From Podarcis tiliguerta (Eukaryota), in NCBI GenBank assembly GCA_965153285.1, contig OZ229110.1: a DNA stretch of 64,000 nucleotides; one strand, written 5' to 3'. The first letter of the stretch is position 1. Each line of letters starts with the position of its first letter. Shown here in pieces: positions 36,401 through 48,300 of the stretch. Position numbers and translations under genes: made by a program. The notes under the pieces were generated by a model, which was given only the letters and a program-made list of their open reading frames with translations, had not been told where the DNA came from and did no database searches.

Positions 36401-36934
36401 AGAGTCCAACACCTCTCATGGGAGTCTGCTTGTTCCACTATTGAACAGCTCTGTCAGAATGACATCTTTCTCAGTACCAGACGTTGAAGATATACTGGAG
36501 TTATGAGGCTCTCTATAGAATCCTATTGCGGTGTTATTCACATTGAAGGAGTTACCATGTAATTACTCAAAAGGGGGCCTTGTTTTCAGTCCCATCCCCA
36601 GCATAACATATTCCTCAATCAGCTGTGCATTACTTGCAGTAGATGTGTCCTGATAATGCGGAAGTGATGTTAGAGGCAGGATTAAAAACACAGGCCTTCT
36701 CTAAGTAATTGTGGTAATGCCCTACATAGCTTAGCACAATAGGCTATGTCAGGGCACAATATATATCTGTCCCAATCTCCTTTCCAGGTGCTGGTGTCAC
36801 TCGGAGCAAGTGAAAAGTTGGAAGCACTTTCATGTAACAAACCTCAAACTAGTGCTTACAGCAGCCCACGGCCCTCATCATCAAGGCATTGTAAGAAATT
36901 GATCCACCTCCTGCAGCCTGCACACAGTGCCTAA
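19363..36934 (+). CDS. STK36: Serine/threonine kinase 36 (Fused homolog), 26 coding exons, ~1324 aa: join(19363..19446,19662..19802,20351..20428,21411..21541,21628..21877,22715..22808,22929..23098,23194..23390,24038..24152,24257..24400,24943..25122,25942..26039,26381..26486,26992..27133,27741..27868,27979..28083,28257..28352,28820..28914,29991..30054,30528..30638,30776..30850,32078..32249,32494..32641,34010..34169,34687..35430,36788..36934)
   Basis: [63 protein letters not shown]; C-terminal ARM/HEAT repeats ([17 protein letters not shown]). All exons GT-AG and phase-consistent (3975 nt). Confidence 0.96.
19632..19655. repeat. (ATT)n microsatellite at STK36 splice acceptor
   Basis: ATTATTATTATTATTATTATTATT directly before TGGCAG|GTG. 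Confidence 0.9.
19662..19802 (+). CDS. STK36: STK36 coding exon 2
   Basis: [13 protein letters not shown]...DSFETDKE. Confidence 0.96.
20351..20428 (+). CDS. STK36: STK36 coding exon 3
   Basis: [26 protein letters not shown]. Confidence 0.95.
20869..21039 (-). mobile_element. Old tRNA-derived SINE (LF-SINE/Squam2-like); related copies at ~33685-33870 (-) and ~58000-58190 (+)
   Basis: Minus strand GGGCTGTAGCTCAATGGTAGAG...GAAGGTCCCAGGTTCAATCC head; family name tentative. Confidence 0.55.
21095..21285 (+). mobile_element. CR1 LINE 3' relic
   Basis: CTGGAGAAGAGAAG...GACATGATTGCAGTCTTCAAATACCTGAAGGG, typical end of CR1 ORF2. Confidence 0.65.
21411..21541 (+). CDS. STK36: STK36 coding exon 4
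   Basis: [27 protein letters not shown]. Confidence 0.96.
21628..21877 (+). CDS. STK36: STK36 coding exon 5
   Basis: [25 protein letters not shown]...PNFK. Confidence 0.96.
22715..22808 (+). CDS. STK36: STK36 coding exon 6
   Basis: [28 protein letters not shown]. Confidence 0.95.
22929..23098 (+). CDS. STK36: STK36 coding exon 7
   Basis: [18 protein letters not shown]...ARRK. Confidence 0.93.
23194..23390 (+). CDS. STK36: STK36 coding exon 8
   Basis: EMGKSR...SSPTPR, phase-consistent. Confidence 0.85.
23688..23954 (+). mobile_element. 5'-truncated Sauria SINE
   Basis: GCCAACCTAGCAGTTTGAAAGCA...GTAGATAAATAGG...CAGGGGTCCTTTAC. Confidence 0.85.
24038..24152 (+). CDS. STK36: STK36 coding exon 9
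   Basis: [14 protein letters not shown]...[10 protein letters not shown]. Confidence 0.92.
24257..24400 (+). CDS. STK36: STK36 coding exon 10
   Basis: [17 protein letters not shown]...DSGQQ. Confidence 0.93.
24423..24460. repeat. (AC)n microsatellite
   Basis: Uninterrupted AC run just after an STK36 donor site. Confidence 0.95.
24943..25122 (+). CDS. STK36: STK36 coding exon 11
   Basis: [16 protein letters not shown]...NIKQ. Confidence 0.93.
25942..26039 (+). CDS. STK36: STK36 coding exon 12
   Basis: [20 protein letters not shown]; CAGCAG tandem acceptor. Confidence 0.9.
26381..26486 (+). CDS. STK36: STK36 coding exon 13
   Basis: [12 protein letters not shown]...LREQSLM. Confidence 0.9.
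26992..27133 (+). CDS. STK36: STK36 coding exon 14
   Basis: [10 protein letters not shown]...PFYTSL. Confidence 0.9.
27200..27411 (+). mobile_element. CR1 LINE 3' end
   Basis: ...GAGGTTTTTAAGCAGAGGTTGGATGG...GGTTGGACTAGATG...TACAATTCTATG tail. Confidence 0.8.
27741..27868 (+). CDS. STK36: STK36 coding exon 15
   Basis: [12 protein letters not shown]...KAKKQ. Confidence 0.9.
27979..28083 (+). CDS. STK36: STK36 coding exon 16
   Basis: [11 protein letters not shown]...LNGMK. Confidence 0.9.
28257..28352 (+). CDS. STK36: STK36 coding exon 17
   Basis: [16 protein letters not shown]...LQGK. Confidence 0.9.
28820..28914 (+). CDS. STK36: STK36 coding exon 18
   Basis: [30 protein letters not shown]; |gtaagt. 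Confidence 0.85.
29034..29370 (+). mobile_element. Sauria SINE with 13-bp TSD
   Basis: TAAGGAGAGTCAG at 29021-29033 and 29371-29383; intact A/B boxes; tail GGGGTACCTTTACCTT. Confidence 0.95.
29991..30054 (+). CDS. STK36: STK36 coding exon 19
   Basis: [21 protein letters not shown]; 64 nt restores phase. Confidence 0.85.
30528..30638 (+). CDS. STK36: STK36 coding exon 20
   Basis: SAAGLLL...TEPAE. Confidence 0.88.
30776..30850 (+). CDS. STK36: STK36 coding exon 21
   Basis: [25 protein letters not shown]. Confidence 0.92.
30897..31021. mobile_element. Short palindromic hAT-type MITE (related copies ~25147-25265, ~31247-31385, ~63767-63892)
   Basis: CAGCATTGGCCAACCTGGTG...CACCTGGTTGGCAAAGGCTG inverted ends; degenerate 8-bp flanks CTTTAGAG/CTCAAGAG. 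Confidence 0.65.
32078..32249 (+). CDS. STK36: STK36 coding exon 22
   Basis: [15 protein letters not shown]...[11 protein letters not shown]. Confidence 0.92.
32494..32641 (+). CDS. STK36: STK36 coding exon 23
   Basis: [20 protein letters not shown]...YLAQ. Confidence 0.92.
33225..33537 (-). mobile_element. Sauria SINE with internal deletion
   Basis: Same family as 8346-8692 (CTATTTATCTACTTGCAC, GGGGATTCGAACC). Confidence 0.88.
34010..34169 (+). CDS. STK36: STK36 coding exon 24
   Basis: [18 protein letters not shown]...RLLQ. Confidence 0.93.
34687..35430 (+). CDS. STK36: STK36 coding exon 25 (ARM/HEAT repeats)
   Basis: 248-codon open exon ACIHHLP...QPRIHQ. Confidence 0.95.
36268..36452 (-). 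mobile_element. CR1 LINE 3' end
   Basis: Reverse-complement homolog of 27200-27411. Confidence 0.75.
36788..36934 (+). CDS. STK36: STK36 last coding exon
   Basis: [11 protein letters not shown]...[15 protein letters not shown]. Confidence 0.94.
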   Translation: MLVSLGASEKLEALSCNKPQTSAYSSPRPSSSRHCKKLIHLLQPAHSA

Positions 36935-37413
36935 GAATTCAAGAGGGTTCCAACGTGCTCTTCCTTCCAAACACCAGAGGTTTGGAGAACCATGGAGCTG
37001 AAATATCATTGCAGCTACTGTCTTGGAGTGGCCTTCAATATGCCAAAATGTCAAGAGCGTGCTAGTGTTTCTAGCTGAAGTTGGAAGTAGAACTCTGTTT
37101 TACATCATCTGAACAGAGGTACCACAGTCCGCTGTTCAGTAAGGACACCATCCAAGCACCATTTTCTTGCTATGAACCATCCATGGAAAAAGCCAAGCTG
37201 CTGTGTTCTCCTATCTAAACAAGACGTGTAGCTCATGTGTAGCAAAAACCCTAGCTCAGTGCACTCTACATTAAGTGCCTTGGGATACTGGTCTTTGTTT
37301 TTTCGTTTTTTCTGAGAATTTCTTCCTTTCCCTTTGAAGAAGAGTGGACAGCCACAAGTCACCAAGCATCCCTACTTAAAAGCAGAAAAGAGAACAGTGG
37401 CATTGCTGGCCAG

Positions 37414-37419
37414 AATAAA
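37414..37419 (+). terminator. STK36 candidate polyA signal (another AATAAA at 37631-37636)
   Basis: AATAAA followed by a T-rich downstream stretch. Confidence 0.55.
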
Positions 37420-39390
37420 GTAGTACCTCTTTTGCTTTGACTTTTGCAGGTTACGTTGTGGGTCAGAAGGCCGGAAGCATTTTCAGTTTTTGATAGGAGT
37501 TATAGTATCCCCCCTGGAGCCTCTGATCAACTAATGGATTGCATCCATTATTTGTTTTAGTATTTCTTTGACTAGGACCCTGACCCAGTTGGTCTCTTGT
37601 TTTTTTTTATATTTAATACTGTGCTTTTGTAATAAAACCTGGTTTGTTTTCTCACATGTTCCTCCATATGGATGTAGCCAAGAGGCAATTGATGGAAGAG
37701 AGTTGAATCCCACCCAGAGGTCTTAAAAAATAAGTTGTGGGTGCAGAATGGCATCCATTCAAGCAACAGGGCTCCCTCTTCCCCTAAAATCTGTGCTAGA
37801 GGATTGGGGACCTCATTTCATGCATACCTACACCACTGAGTGCTGCACTGAATTACACCCTATGCCAAAAACACACTTAGATGCAGAAAATATATGAACA
37901 TTTTGCCACATAATCTACCTAACTTGAAACATTTGTTACAAAATTGAACATGCAAAATTATCTTCCATATTTGTGTTGGGGATTAGTGGGGGAATGTACA
38001 AATGAAAAAAAGTAAGGTTGCAATTCTAAACACATTCAGCTGTAAACAAGCTTTGCTGAACATTGTAGGACTTACTTCTGCATAAATGTGGATATGTGAG
38101 CCATAATCTTACACTCAAATAAAAGCAGGCTTTTATGAGAGCTACTGTATTATGCAGTGTGTCTGAGATAAGAAAACTCAGGCTCGGGCCCGAAATGCAA
38201 TCCTCCAAGCCTCACTATCTAATCCTTAGGACTCTTCTTCACAGCCCTTAGCAGTCCCGCTTGAGTGTTTTTGCCTGGCTGAAATGTGTCCTAGCATAGT
38301 GATAATGCCCTTTGCTTGCCTGGATGTAGGATAGAAAGAACCTACAGTTCAAAGTTAAAATTTACAATCACCAGCACTAGCATGTGGTCCTTGGAAGCCT
38401 GCCTAAAGGGAATGCAGTCCATGGGCTGAAAACCATATATGCTGAAGAACCCAATGCACCTGTAGTAAACTAATTTTGCAAGCTTAGCACCATTTGTTTG
38501 GAAAGTCCATCATTTGCTGTGCATGGGGGCTGAACTCCGGGAACACTAGGTGTAGAGCCCATAGAATCAAAAGCAGCTAAACTGGATTAATCTACTTGCT
38601 TTGAGAATCTAGCAGAAAAGTGAGCTGAACAGACAATGGTTTCCACATTGCATGGAAGAACTTAGGTTAGATGAGTTAGGAGAGTTATAGCTGTATCTCT
38701 GTTCCTTTACTTTACCCAGATGTCTAACCTCAAATGACACCTGCTGTTAATAGGCTTTAGAGACTTCTCAGTTACCTTAGGGTAGCTGTTAAATGAGAGG
38801 CAATAAAGGGGAACAGCAGCATTAAGAAACCACCTCAAGCTGTCATATCCATTAGCATGAAGAGCAAAGTTCTGTTCTTCACTCCAAATGCACTAGTTTT
38901 CAACAACAAACAAAACTATGGTACAGCATGCAATTGTGTGTATTCCCACCTGGATCCTGACATAGTACAAGGCACATGCTTACTACAACTTTGGGTGGTT
39001 GTGAGAACTGGAACTGAGAAGATACTAAAGGATACGATGGCTTGTGTAGCATTACTGCCATCTTACCTTCTGTTCAAGGTTGTGCCAGCTGCTCACCTAC
39101 AGGAGTTACTGAACACTGGACATAACTTCCCGAATTTGAGCGAACAATGGAGTCTTAGTGGAGCTGCAATGCATGTGCAATGGAATACTGAATACTATCA
39201 GGAAAGACCATAACTAGGGTAATAACCACCTGGACATAGGCTTAAAATGGCTGCCAGATCCCAGTGCATCAGGGATACCTGAGAAATTGAGAAAGGGGGG
39301 TTTCTCAAATTGAGAAAGGCGGGGTTCTGGGTGATTGGATAAGATGAAGAGTTAGAACTTTTAACCCAAAATTCACATCTTTGAACCTTT

Positions 39391-39396
39391 TTTATT
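39391..39396 (-). terminator. RETREG2 candidate polyA signal (implies ~2.3-kb 3'UTR)
   Basis: TTTATT on + strand downstream of the RETREG2 stop. Confidence 0.5.
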
Positions 39397-41713
39397 AAAA
39401 AGACTACAGTTTGTTTTAAATATTTAGCCATAGAATAAACACCGCTACACAGTTCAAAGCCCTCTGCCTTTCCTGGGTGACATCAGCAGCCTCCCAGCCC
39501 TTCCTCAGAAGGCCCCTATCATGGAGCATTATGGCGCTGTTGCCACCAAAGGAGAGGAAGACAGCTTAGAGCTTCAGAGAAAAACACAAACATATAACAT
39601 GCCTCCTGCACCAGAATGGGAAAGCTAGGGCTTCTGGCTGGTGGTAGGGGTAGCAAAATTTGTGCTCAGGACACAACACAAAGGCGAGCAAGCTCCACAC
39701 TCAGTGCTACATGGCTGCCCATTTCCAAAGTGCAGACATTAGGAGGAAGCTGTTTTAACAGGCATCCTCCCCTCAACATTTGACTGGGGCTGGGCTGGGA
39801 TGGGGCAGGCAACACAGGTCAGAAAGTAAACCAACTCTGGAGAACAATGTCATTTTGCATTTCAAGAAAATCATTGCCCTATGACTGAAGGAACCTGAGA
39901 CAGGCAACCTTGATACAAAGAGTAGGCCAGTGACTGACTCAGCAAGCGATGAAACTTGAAGGGTGCAAAAGGCAAGAACTGGGGTCTTGCAAATGTGCTT
40001 GGAATTGATTGGTGGCCCCTCCTGCTGAGAGGCAGCACCTTCACCTTGGTCATAAACTCTCAGAAGTGCAGTTTAAAATGCTGAGGCCTGCAGGGCAAGC
40101 TATCACAGGTTCAGCGCCTGCATCTGCAAAGCTGCAGTCACTTGTGAGAACGTGAAAGCGTCAGGAATCGCCTGGAAGTGCCCAGCTTGAAAATTTTCAA
40201 CAGCAAGAAACTGGCCAATTCATGACACTCCCCAACCCACCCAGCTTCTCCAGCAATCATTGGAAAACAGGCAAAAAATGAGATCCATTACTGGGAGCAA
40301 GCAGTATCCACTCAGCTGAGAACGCTATTACTGAAGACAGACTGCTGCCTCTTAACAAAGATACACACCCAATAGGGGGCATCTCTGTTTCCATATAATA
40401 AAAAACCCACTTTATCATTGCAACTTAAAATCAATATTTGAAAGACTCAGCCATCAGATCCTAGAATTAATATTCTGCAAACCTGTGCAAGCAGCAATAG
40501 GTATCAGGGGCAGTAACCACCTTTGGAGAAAAAAACCCAAACAATCCTCCACTCCCATTTAGTCCCTCTTTTTTCCTGAGAACATAAATGGGCACACTAC
40601 TCCAATTAGCAAAAGACTATAAAGAGTGAAACCCCTGAGGTTTCAAAAGTGATTTGAGAGTGGGAGTAAAGTGGAGATAAGCCTAGAGAGCTTGGAGTTG
40701 GAGAACGTTCTTCCCAATGTCCCAAACGCATCATTCCTTTTCAAGCTGCCCTGCTCTTTTCCCTAAGGCAAGGCTGAGGGCAGCAGAAGATTGTGCTCTA
40801 GCCAGGGTGCATCATAGGGCAGAGCTGGCTCAGCCAGGCCTTAGAGAAAGGTGACAAGAAGTAGATATAAGGGGATTTTGCTTTTAAAGTGCAGCAGTGG
40901 AAGAGGAAGCTTTCAAGTCACTGCAAATTGCTTTGTGTTTTCCCAAGTGGATTAAAGAGCCTGCAGGCAGCCTGGCCTTGGAGTTGAGAATCTACAGGAC
41001 CAGACTACCCACTTCCTGAAGCCCAAATCAGATGTCATATTCACACAACTGAATAAAGGAAATTGGGTTGTAGGGTGAAAGTAAGGGAAAGGGCTAGTGC
41101 TCGGAAGTGCAAAAGCAGCTGCTATTCTTGTACAAGGTGGGCAGGAAAGCTCAATTGTGCCCCCTCAACTTGTCCTGACAGCAAATATACTCCACACAAT
41201 GTCTCCTTTGAAGTCCTACTTCCCCTCCACCCCCAAATTTCTAACTCAAGGGAAAAAACCCACCTCAACCCGTTTTCTCCATACCACCAATCCCTTCTCC
41301 CTCTTCCCAACTAAACAAACCAATGTTTTCATAAAAATATTTACAATGTAGACCCTCTGGCACCCCCCTCCATCCAATAAAACCGCTTTCCTTCCTACTG
41401 GGGGGGGGCATGAACAGTGGGTGCGAGCAGCGGGGATATCTAGCTGAGGATGCGGCGTGCAAAAAAACAAAACGAATAGACAAAGACAGACAAATTGCAG
41501 CAGCAGACCAAAAAGATTGCATCACCACTAGAAAGCGTGGGCAAGACGCAACACCCTGCTGGGAAGGCCAACACTAGGAAGAGGACTCACTATTCCAGAC
41601 ATAACACTGTGAATGTGGATGTTTTGCCGTCCCCAGTCAGCACTGACCAAACTCTGCTGTGTGTTCACTTGTCCTTCCCTTGCAGCTGCAGAAATACAGG
41701 GGAGCAGTGGGAC

Positions 41714-42396
41714 CTAGGAGCTGGGCAAGGATTCTTCTTCAGGAGGGAGAGCCGGTGTCGCTTGAGCCTCTGTCTCTCCAGAAAGGCCAAGCTCTGCATC
41801 CATCTGCTCCAGCTCCCTCTGATCAAGCAGCTCAAAATCATCAGCTTCCTCCTCCTCCTCCTCCCCCCCAGGCAGAGAGACTGCCCCCACCTCCGCACTC
41901 TCAGACAGCTGGGCCTGGAAGCTCAGTCTCTCCTCGGGCTCAGTGGGCAGGAACTCAGAGAGAGAAGGCCCCTCGTTGTCCTCAGAGGAGCGGAGCAGGG
42001 CTGACAGGGTGTTCTGCACTACTGTACTGATAGCGGTGGTGACAATCTCTTGGCTCAGTGAATCGATGTGCAGCCCCAGGCCTTGGGCAGTGGCAGGTTG
42101 GGGCTCCAGGGCTCCTCCTGCCACTGCCTGCCCGTTCCCGTTGAAGTGCGTATTTACAAAGTGCAGGGGTGAGGCCAGGCACAGGATGGATGTGTCTGAA
42201 CTCATGGCTGCTGCCGCCACGCCGTCTTTCTCAGCAGAGTCCAGTTGGTGGGCAGTGTGGGCAGGCACTGCAAAGTTGTCATCCTCACTGGGTGGTCCCA
42301 AGTCTCTGGAATGAAACTCTTCCACAGAAGGAAACTCTGCCAAGTCCTTGGAGAAGGACTCTTCTGGCTCACTGGGAAGGCTCTGCTGGTCCAGAT
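41714..42396 (-). CDS. RETREG2: RETREG2 exon 9 (with LIR)
   Basis: [13 protein letters not shown]...[12 protein letters not shown]...[14 protein letters not shown]...*. Confidence 0.95.
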
Positions 42397-45300
42397 CTGA
42401 AAAGCATATTGGGAATATGAACATGGCCTCCCCAAACACCCCAGAATTCCCTGTTCTCAATTGCCATTCCAAGCTCAGCTGCCAGTCTGTTTTCTGAATA
42501 CACTTCCTGTACTTGCCTTTGTGTGCCTCCTTATCATCTTATCCTGACCTTGCACAGAAATGTTCTTTCCTATCCTCTCATTAACAGGTCAGTTGCTGCT
42601 GTTCTATAGCTGTACTCCCTGATTAAAAGTCACCAACCCCACTATGATCTTGCTACTGCTTTTCTTTCTTGTTCAATCATCTCACCAGAACAAATCTGAG
42701 CTGGAAAATGTATGCAGTATCATGCACGTTAATGCTGATGTATGAAAGCTGCGTATCATAGTGGCAATGAAGAGTGTGTACAAATCAGGAATTCCTTGGT
42801 TTGAATCTCACTTTTGCCATGTACTCATTAGGTGCTTTAGATATATCACCACTATCTCATTCTCACTCGTGCCCCCTGCACTACAATATGGGAGCAATAA
42901 AAACATTAAGAACAGCCTTGCTGAATCGTACCTAAGCCCCATCTAGTCCTGCATCCTGTTCTCATATGCCTATGAGAAATCCACAAGCAGGACATGAGTG
43001 AAACAGCACTCTTCCCGCTTGGAACTCCCAGCAACTGGAATTCAGACACACTAGTGGACGGTGAACAAAGCCATTGTGGCCAGCAGCCATTGACAGCTTT
43101 ATCATCCAGAAATTTGTCTTTTAAATCCATCTACATTGGTGGCCATTACTACGTCTTGTTGGAACTAATTCCATAGTTTAAACTACGGCATGTGCTATGT
43201 GAACCTCCTCTTGTCTGTTCTGAATCTTCCAACATGCAGCTTCATTACATTTCCTCAGATTATTGTATTATGAGAAACTCCTCTCTTTCTCTACACCATG
43301 CATAATCTTCACTGCATTTAATTGCATTTCCCATTTTAATGTCTACTTCTCCTTTTGAAGCCCATCGCAATTCCTTTCTGTTTTAACCACCCCAAACAAT
43401 TTAGTATCAGCAGCAAACTTGGCTACCTTATTGTTCAATCCCAACCCTAGATCATTTATGAACAAGTTTAAAAAGCACCAATACCAACACCAAACCTTGG
43501 TGGACCCCACTTCCTACATCCCTCTATTGCAGGCATGTCCAAAGTCCATTTTGGGGGCCTAATACGGCCCTGCTGGTAGGTTTAATCCGGCCCCTGTGGC
43601 TGTTTATTTCCTGGGGTAAAATCCTAAAAAAACCCTCCACAACTTTAATCCTGAAAAAAAGCTTAAAAACTTTGGTTGGCCCTTTGATCGGCCCTCATGG
43701 CCCTTCACTACATCAAATCTGGCCCTCTTTGAAAAAAGTTTGGACACCACTGCATTGGGAAAACCCTTCATTAATTTCTACTCTCTGCTGTTTCTTAACC
43801 AGTCCTGATCTATAACAGCATGTCCTCTTATTTCACAGCTGCTAAACTTAATCAGGTGTCTTGGGCAAGGGACTCCATAGTCAATGGCTTTTTGAAAGTT
43901 TAAGTACACTATGTCAACTGGATCACTTCTTTCTCTCTCTCTATGTGCTTGCTGACATTCTCAAACACAGGACTTACCCTTGCAGAAGCCACACTGATTC
44001 TGCCTCAGCAAAGCTTCTCCTTCTATGTGCTTGGTATTCCAATCTTTAATTATGCTTGCTACCAGTTTTCCCAGAAGAGACATTAAACTAACCACCCTGA
44101 AATTTCCTGGATTCGCTTGGATAGTTTGCCCCAAACAAGATGATCCTCAGCTTCAAGTGGCTTTCTCCCAGCAAACAGCTGAATAGCTGCTCTGCCACCT
44201 TTTAGACTTTAAGCTTATATAGTCTGTTTCCATCCCGGCTGAAATGGAGCCTGTCCCTGGCTTGTCCCAGAACACTTCTCAGTGCTTAACAAATCCAAAC
44301 CTCTCCACCAACTCATCCATACACTGAACTGCTCAACCCTGCCTGTCTAGCTGACCTTGTGCATGGAAAAGGTAGCATTTAAAATAAATCTACCGTGAAG
44401 GTCCTGGCTCTCAACCTCCAACTTAGCTACCTAAATTGTGTTTCCAGGGTTACATGACATTTCCCCACGTCATTGGTGCCAACATGCACCATGGCAACAA
44501 CCCTGACCTATCATACAAGGTAGCTAGGATAACATGATAACAAAGCTGATGTGCTTCAAAGCACTCTAAGGCACTATACAAACAACAACAATCATACTTA
44601 GCATTGCAGGCTGGGGCTCCCTGAAGTTACTCCACCAGGTTCTTCCTCATTGGTAAAGCCTCAGGAAAAGCTCTGCATGCTACTGCAGTGGAATTGGCTG
44701 CAACTGCTACTTCTAAGTGTGTAAATGAGCTATTATGGAACAAGACCCAATACTTTGGATTTTCACATACACAGAGATTTAGCAGTAATGATACCACATT
44801 ACCACTAGCTACTACAACATCTATATAGTACAAGTGTGCTAGTTTCTGCATTAAAATACCGTCCTTTATGGTTTGCAATTTACACTGTTGTGTGTGGTTT
44901 GGGGGTAGGAGGCTTGCAAATGAATAAAAGTTATGCTCAGGGGAAAGGAAGCTCAGGTTCGGGGCCAGATGCAGCCTTCTAGGCCTCTCCATCTGGCCCT
45001 CAGGATTTGGTAAGGCTACACTTCTTACTTCACCACACCCTTCTCTGCCAAAGCCACACCTCCCACCAGCCCTGGTTTGTACCCTTCCTCAAGTGTTTTT
45101 GCCTGGCTGGGATGTGTCACTGAATTCTGATACTGCCTCTTGCTGGCCTGGATGGAGGAGAGAAATGAGTGTGCAAGTGTGCTTAGAAAGTAGCCTACTA
45201 TACAGAGGCAAAATTTACATTTTCTGCTCAGTCCACCAATCACTGGCAGAGAGGAATTGCTGACCTTGGTATAAAAAGGTTGACCACTCCTGATGTAAGG

Positions 45301-48300
45301 CAAGGCTAGGGTGACAAGGAAATGGATTGGTTGAAGAAGTGGGTCTTTTTGGCTTACAGCCTCAAGGACTGCAATCCTCAGTGAAATATGTTGCCTTGGT
45401 AATGTCAGCTGTTCATCTTAGGTGGGGGAGAAGAGTGTAGGGGGATCAAAGCTCAGGCAAGGAGAGCCTAGAGTGGACAGCTAATCCCTGAAGACTTAAC
45501 AATGATGCAGAAGAACTTGGGGCTGTTTGTGTGTGGCACCAGTAACCATAGTAAGGGAGCTACTCACATTCTCCCAATGGCCTGCAAGTTACAGAACAGT
45601 CCGGGATGTCTATCATCAATCAAGAAATAATAAAGACACTGGACTCTGCACAGTAACATGTAAAAATATAGTAAACAAGTACATCCATGTTTCCTGGTGA
45701 AGACAGCTGTATTCAGGGGCCACTCAAAGTCTGGAAATCAGGAATCAGATTTGATTTTGGTCCTTTTCAGCCCAAAGTTCATCATTCTCATCAATTCTAA
45801 GCCCTACAACTACCCTTCATATCCTAGTTTTCATTTCTGAACACTCTAGAAGGGAACACACAACTTGTACTCTACCACACAGTGGCCCCAAATAATATGC
45901 AGCATTTGGGTTTGGGGAGTAAGAAAATGGCACCTTCAGACACGTCGGTCAGCTGTGGTGTGGTAGCTCTGGAGACGGTGAAGCCTCCACTCTCCAGGAT
46001 AGAGGCCTCCTCATCAGAGAGCTCAGAGTCTGTAATTGACAACGCCAGAGCTGTCTTCTTCACATCCACCTGCAAAAAGGAGGAGCGTGAGGACATTTTT
46101 TGTTCTTGTGGCTAAAAATCTCCCCCTTACAGTGGAGCCACTAGGTCCCACCTGTTAGCCTAGAATCTCTGCCATCAGAGTCTGAGCCAATATTAACTTG
46201 TATTTCAAAGAGGGATGCACTAAAAATATTAACCTTTTACTGAATGGAAACAATGCATGGATTATCAAAAAGATGGATATTCCAATTACAAAAATTAGTT
46301 GTAAGATTAACTGTAGAGGAATCAGTGACTTGGGATTCTGCCATCTTATTTTCCGGATTTAAAATTGGACATGCTGTTGTGTCTTAAACATTTAACCCAC
46401 TTGACCCACTCTGACCAAACAGGAATTTGAACCCAGATCCAACATGCCAGGTTGGTTATATATCTAATTAGTGATGGCAATAATGAGGAAGAACTATCCT
46501 CCAAGACTAACTCTTCCACCTAAACCCTGAGAGATAGAGTGATTTTGGCTCTGAAAAGAAAGGTTGGAGAGTCAGAAGTTGGAGGGAGCATTTGGAGAGA
46601 GATGCCCCCTACAATGCCAACCTGACTACTCCTCTCTGTCCCCCTGAATCTGAAGTATCATGCCAAGTTTCCAGGGCAGGCATCAAGGGTCAGGATGGAT
46701 CTGCTAAGGGGCCACACTTCAGGAGTGGGACCACTGATGTGCCACCACTGGACCTTCTCTGCCTCTTCATCATTGCAATCTCCTTATTCACCTGCCTTTT
46801 GCTCTGGCCAAGACCACTGGGAAAGTGAGAAGGAGGGGCAACAGATGCCAATACCTGCTTGTTCACTGGCTCTTTGCCCAGCAAGCACATAGGTGGTAGC
46901 AATGACAAAAAAGAGCAGTTGGTGATAATAGTGTTGAGAAGATAAGGCAAGGCCCAAAGGAGTGAGGGTGGGGGAAGAAGGCCCTCCAAAACCTGTAAGT
47001 TCCTAAGTCAGAATGAATACAGTAGCCATTATGAAGGGAACAAGTACAAGATCTCAGACCTTCCAACCCTGCAGGCAAACTCACATTACTTGAAAGAAAT
47101 GAATTCTTGGGAATGAAGCTCAACACCAACATGTATCCCTTCCCATGCTCTTACCACTGGAGAATAGCCAGAAAGCTCCGCCTCACTCTCACTTTCAGTC
47201 TCTGCCATCGGCTCATTGCCAGCTTCGGGCTCACTCTTTCCTTGACGCTCTGTTAGAAAACACATACAAAATGCTTAATGGGACATCAGTGGAACTAGTC
47301 CTATAAGAAGAGGACCAGGAGAATATTTTATCAGAAGCTTCATACAGACTGTGCTTCCTCACAGTACGGTGGTACCTCGGGTTAAGAATTTAATTCATTC
47401 TGGAGGTCTGTTCTTAACCTGAAATTGTTCTTAACCTGCGGTACCACTTTAGCTAATGGGGCCTCCCGCTGCCGCAGCGCCGCCACTGCACAATTTCTGT
47501 TCTCATCCCGAAGCAAAGTTCTTAACCCGAGGTACTATTTCTGGGTTAGCAGAGTCTGTAACCTGAAGCGTCTGTAACCCGAGGTACCACTGTACTGGAC
47601 ACTAATGCACATTAAAATCCAGTCATCTCCAGTGATTTTGGACCTCACCCCACTGGACTGAATGCTCCTAGCTAGCCAGCCCAGTTTCTAATTTTTACTT
47701 GCTGGGACTAACATCCTGCATCCTATCATCAAAAGCTATGCATTTCAGGTACTGTGGAGCTGTTGTCTTACTTTTCTTTTCATGTTTAAGATGCAAGGTA
47801 TCCACCTTCATGCTGTAGTCCAGTTTCATCAGAATGGGCTCCAAGCGTGTGTACATCCTCTGGATAAGTTCATGGTACACCACCAGCGGCCACAGCAAGA
47901 TACTGAGCACTGGAGACAGTCCAGAAAGTGTTAGAAGCATATATTCTCAGAGACAAAGAAGCAGTCAATTTTCCAAAGGATACTCAGTGTCCAGCCATCC
48001 ACCAGCTGCACCTCATTAAATTCAATCTGTGTCCCTGTTCCCCACAAGGTGTCGGAACTATTATGTGCTTTTAATTTCTTTTAAATGAGCTGGATAAAGA
48101 AAATTCCTGGGCATATGCTTAGCTAAGTCACATGTCTAGTTTTAAGGGATAAAACAGCCCAGTTATACTCACAGACAATGTAGGAAATCATGATTCCAGG
48201 AACATAGTGTCCTACTATCACTAAGATCAAGCATCCTGAGCAGACTCTGGCACAAAACTGGAAGTACAAGGCAAAAGGAGATAGAGAAGAAAGGTTTAGC

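Noticed and set aside
41495-42435. Several long ORFs overlapping RETREG2 exon 9
   Set aside because: Antisense or alternate-frame shadows of a GC-rich coding exon.
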